From: Burkholderiales bacterium
Lineage (GTDB): Bacteria; Pseudomonadota; Gammaproteobacteria; Burkholderiales; JAEUOS01
Reading direction: 5' to 3'
Assembly (NCBI GenBank): GCA_016790695.1
Contig: JAEUOS010000192.1
Coordinates: 13,064-77,063 of the forward strand
Length of the DNA: 64,000 bases
The first letter of the stretch is position 1. Each line of letters starts with the position of its first letter. The translations under genes and the position numbers were made by a program. Below, one piece after another: positions 62,082 to 64,000 of this stretch. The notes beneath the pieces were generated by a model. It was not told the origin of the DNA, ran no database searches, and saw only the letters and a program-made list of their open reading frames with translations.

Positions 62082-63368
62082 ATGTCGCACACGAAACTTG
62101 CCGCCGGCGCCGCCCTGCTGCTCGCCGCCGCCGCCGCGTTCGCGCAGCCGAAGGAGATCAAGATCGGGGTGATCTACGACCTGACCGGGCCGTTCGCCGG
62201 CGGCGGGTCGGAAGCGAACCACATCGGCACCAAGGCCGCCATCGACATGTTCAACGAGAAGGGCGGCGTCGAGGGCTACCGCATCAACCCGGTGTACGTC
62301 GATGCGCAGTCGAAGGTCGACGTGGCGATCAACGAGGCCGAGCGACTGATCAACCAGGAAAAGGTCGACATGCTGCTCGGCGTCTATTCGAGCGCGCAGT
62401 GCGTGCCGATGGTCGGCAAGGTCGACGCCGCCAAGAAGTTCATGTGGGCGACGGTGTGCGTGTCCTCGGCCGTGTTCAAGGGCAAGAACCTGCAGTATGT
62501 GTTCCGCCCGCAGCCGCACAGCGACCAGTACGGCCAGGCCTCGTGCGACTACATCAAGGAGCATGCGCAGAAGAAGTTCGGCACGTCGCACGACAAGCTC
62601 AAGGTCGCGATCATCTACGAGGACGGTCCCTACGGCGCCGGTGTCGCCGCCGGCAACGAGGCGCAGTGCAAGGCGAACGGCACGCCGATCGTCCTCAAGG
62701 AAGGCTATGCCGCCACCGCGCCCGACCTGTCCTCGCTGGTGACCAAGCTGCGCCGCGCCGCGCCGGACGTCATCCTGCACACCGGCTATAACCCCGACAT
62801 CACGCTGTTCCTGCGCCAGGCGAAGGAGCAGAACTTCAAGTTCAAGGCGCTGATCGGCCACGGCGCCGGCCACAGCCAGATCGGCAAGCTGCGCGAGACC
62901 TTCGGCGACGACGTCAACTATTTCCATTCGATCGATCCGGTGGCGTCGCAGATCCTCGATCCCAAGACGCTCAAGCCGGGCATGGGCGACCTGGCCAAGG
63001 AGATGGTCCGGCGCTATCAGGCCGTCAAGGGCCCGGTCGAGGTGCCGCCGCACGCGTCGATGGGCTTCACCAACACATGGATCTTCCTGGCCGACGTGCT
63101 GCCGCGCGCGATCAAGAAGCACGGCGGCATCTCCTCCGAGGCGCTGCGCCGCGCCGCGCTCGAGACCGACATCCCCGCCGGCGGCACGCCGTCGGGCTAT
63201 GGCGTGAAGTTCTTCCCGCCGGGACACAACATGTCGGGCCAGAACGAGCGATCGCAGCTGGTGGTCATGCAGTTCGTCAACGGCCGCACCTACATCGCGT
63301 GGCCGACGCCGATCCGCACCACCGACCCGGTGCTGCCGTTCCCCAAGGGCCACGTCTACGCCCGGTAG
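62082..63368 (+). CDS. Branched-chain-amino-acid-type (LivJ/Peripla_BP_6) ABC substrate-binding protein
   Basis: I prefer the ATG at 62082 because its AGGAG spacing is better than for 62076. Signal peptide ...AAAAAFAQP, then IKIGVIYDLTGPFAGGG. Confidence 0.85.
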   Translation: MSHTKLAAGAALLLAAAAAFAQPKEIKIGVIYDLTGPFAGGGSEANHIGTKAAIDMFNEKGGVEGYRINPVYVDAQSKVDVAINEAERLINQEKVDMLLGVYSSAQCVPMVGKVDAAKKFMWATVCVSSAVFKGKNLQYVFRPQPHSDQYGQASCDYIKEHAQKKFGTSHDKLKVAIIYEDGPYGAGVAAGNEAQCKANGTPIVLKEGYAATAPDLSSLVTKLRRAAPDVILHTGYNPDITLFLRQAKEQNFKFKALIGHGAGHSQIGKLRETFGDDVNYFHSIDPVASQILDPKTLKPGMGDLAKEMVRRYQAVKGPVEVPPHASMGFTNTWIFLADVLPRAIKKHGGISSEALRRAALETDIPAGGTPSGYGVKFFPPGHNMSGQNERSQLVVMQFVNGRTYIAWPTPIRTTDPVLPFPKGHVYAR

Positions 63369-63431
63369 GCGCCGCCGCCGTCCGGCGCAGCGCCAGTCCG
63401 CCGGCGCCGCGGCGCCGGCGCTTGCACGCCA

Positions 63432-64000
63432 ATGCTCAACGTCCAGGCCCTGACCAAGAAGTTCGGCGGCTTCACCGCCGTCTCCTCGATCTCCTTCGAC
63501 CTGGCCGAGGGGGAGATCCTCGGCCTCATCGGACCCAACGGCTCGGGCAAGAGCACGACGTTCAATCTCATCGCCGGCCTGTACGCGCCGACCGCCGGCT
63601 CGATCCGGTTCCAGGGCCGCGAGATCGGCGGCCTCAGCGCCACCCAGGTCTGCCATGCGGGCATCGGCCGCACGTTCCAGATCCCGCGACCGTTCAGGAA
63701 GCTCAGCGTCATCGAGAACGTGACCCTGGCCGCCTACTACGGCCAGGCCGGGCGTGTCAGCGAGGCCGAGGCCAGGCGCCAGGCGGCCGACGCGCTGGAC
63801 CTGATCGGACTGCCGCACGCGCGCGGCGAGGGGATCGACGGCCTCGGTGCGGCGGCGCTGAAGAAGCTCGAGATGGCGCGCGCCCTCGCGACCCAGCCCC
63901 GGCTGCTGCTCGCCGATGAGTCGCTCGGCGGTCTCGACGAGGCCGAGATGGAGCAGGCCGCCGACATGCTGCGCATGATCCGCAGGGAGCGCAACATCAC
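63432..64000 (+). CDS. ABC transporter ATP-binding protein (LivG-like), truncated by the window edge
   Basis: Not in the ORF track because no stop lies within the window. My own translation from the ATG at 63432 reads MLNVQALTKKFGGFTAVSSISFDLAEGEILGLIGPNGSGKSTTFNLIAG... with Walker A, a Q-loop (GRTFQ) and Walker B (LLLADE). Confidence 0.85.
   Translation, partial: MLNVQALTKKFGGFTAVSSISFDLAEGEILGLIGPNGSGKSTTFNLIAGLYAPTAGSIRFQGREIGGLSATQVCHAGIGRTFQIPRPFRKLSVIENVTLAAYYGQAGRVSEAEARRQAADALDLIGLPHARGEGIDGLGAAALKKLEMARALATQPRLLLADESLGGLDEAEMEQAADMLRMIRRERNI

Noticed and set aside
1-64000. Search for mobile elements, prophage or defence genes, toxin-antitoxin pairs, tRNA/rRNA genes and CRISPR
   Set aside because: No ORF has integrase, transposase, recombinase, nuclease-helicase or phage structural signatures. 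I saw no terminal inverted repeats and no tRNA-like cloverleaf candidates in the short intergenic regions. GC content and codon usage look uniform by eye. The window appears to be ordinary, though accessory-metabolic, chromosome.

Overview
Very GC-rich segment (about 70% by eye, not computed; third codon positions almost all G/C). It is probably chromosomal DNA from a Burkholderiales-type betaproteobacterium: it carries three orphan Bug/TctC-family binding proteins, and start/stop overlaps of the ATGA/GTGA/TGATG type are frequent. I call about 62 protein-coding genes, two of them cut by the window edges. The right-edge LivG-like gene is missing from the ORF track. I found no rRNA, tRNA, CRISPR array, transposase or integrase. 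Many long ORFs in the track are GC-driven shadow ORFs or N-terminal over-extensions, so I re-derived starts by counting codons back from the stop. The content is almost entirely accessory catabolism of small organic and sugar acids. (1) 207-12562: a 13-gene, single-strand block. It holds a GntR regulator, a CUT1 ABC importer with no ATPase, a cupin, an esterase, a MetE-like protein, the four-carbon acid-sugar module ltnD-otnK-otnC-otnI in E. coli ygbJKLM order, a Tat-exported MBL hydrolase and a tartrate-dehydrogenase-like gene. (2) 12825-14920: a phasin plus a patatin-like lipase, followed by a 16-bp tandem repeat. (3) 15106-24277: a 9-gene operon with three different enolase-superfamily proteins, DUF993, uronate dehydrogenase, an SDR and a NitT/TauT-type ABC importer. 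(4) A TetR regulator whose candidate operator (TAAC-N4-CGGTTA) occurs four times, always in promoter regions. (5) Housekeeping genes pyrC, DUF3025, an AEC transporter and gor. (6) 45009-53425: a tightly coupled operon that I cannot match to any characterised pathway. It combines a divergent quinolinate-PRTase-like protein, an OMP-decarboxylase-fold protein, HAD, ALDH, amidohydrolases, a CinA/PncC-like amidase and a COG0523 GTPase. This is my best candidate for something undescribed. (7) CoA-transferase, enoyl-CoA hydratase and Bug modules, a cupin/ThDP-enzyme/AllA-like operon, and the start of a Liv-type ABC system. All functional calls rest on motifs recognised by eye, with no database search.
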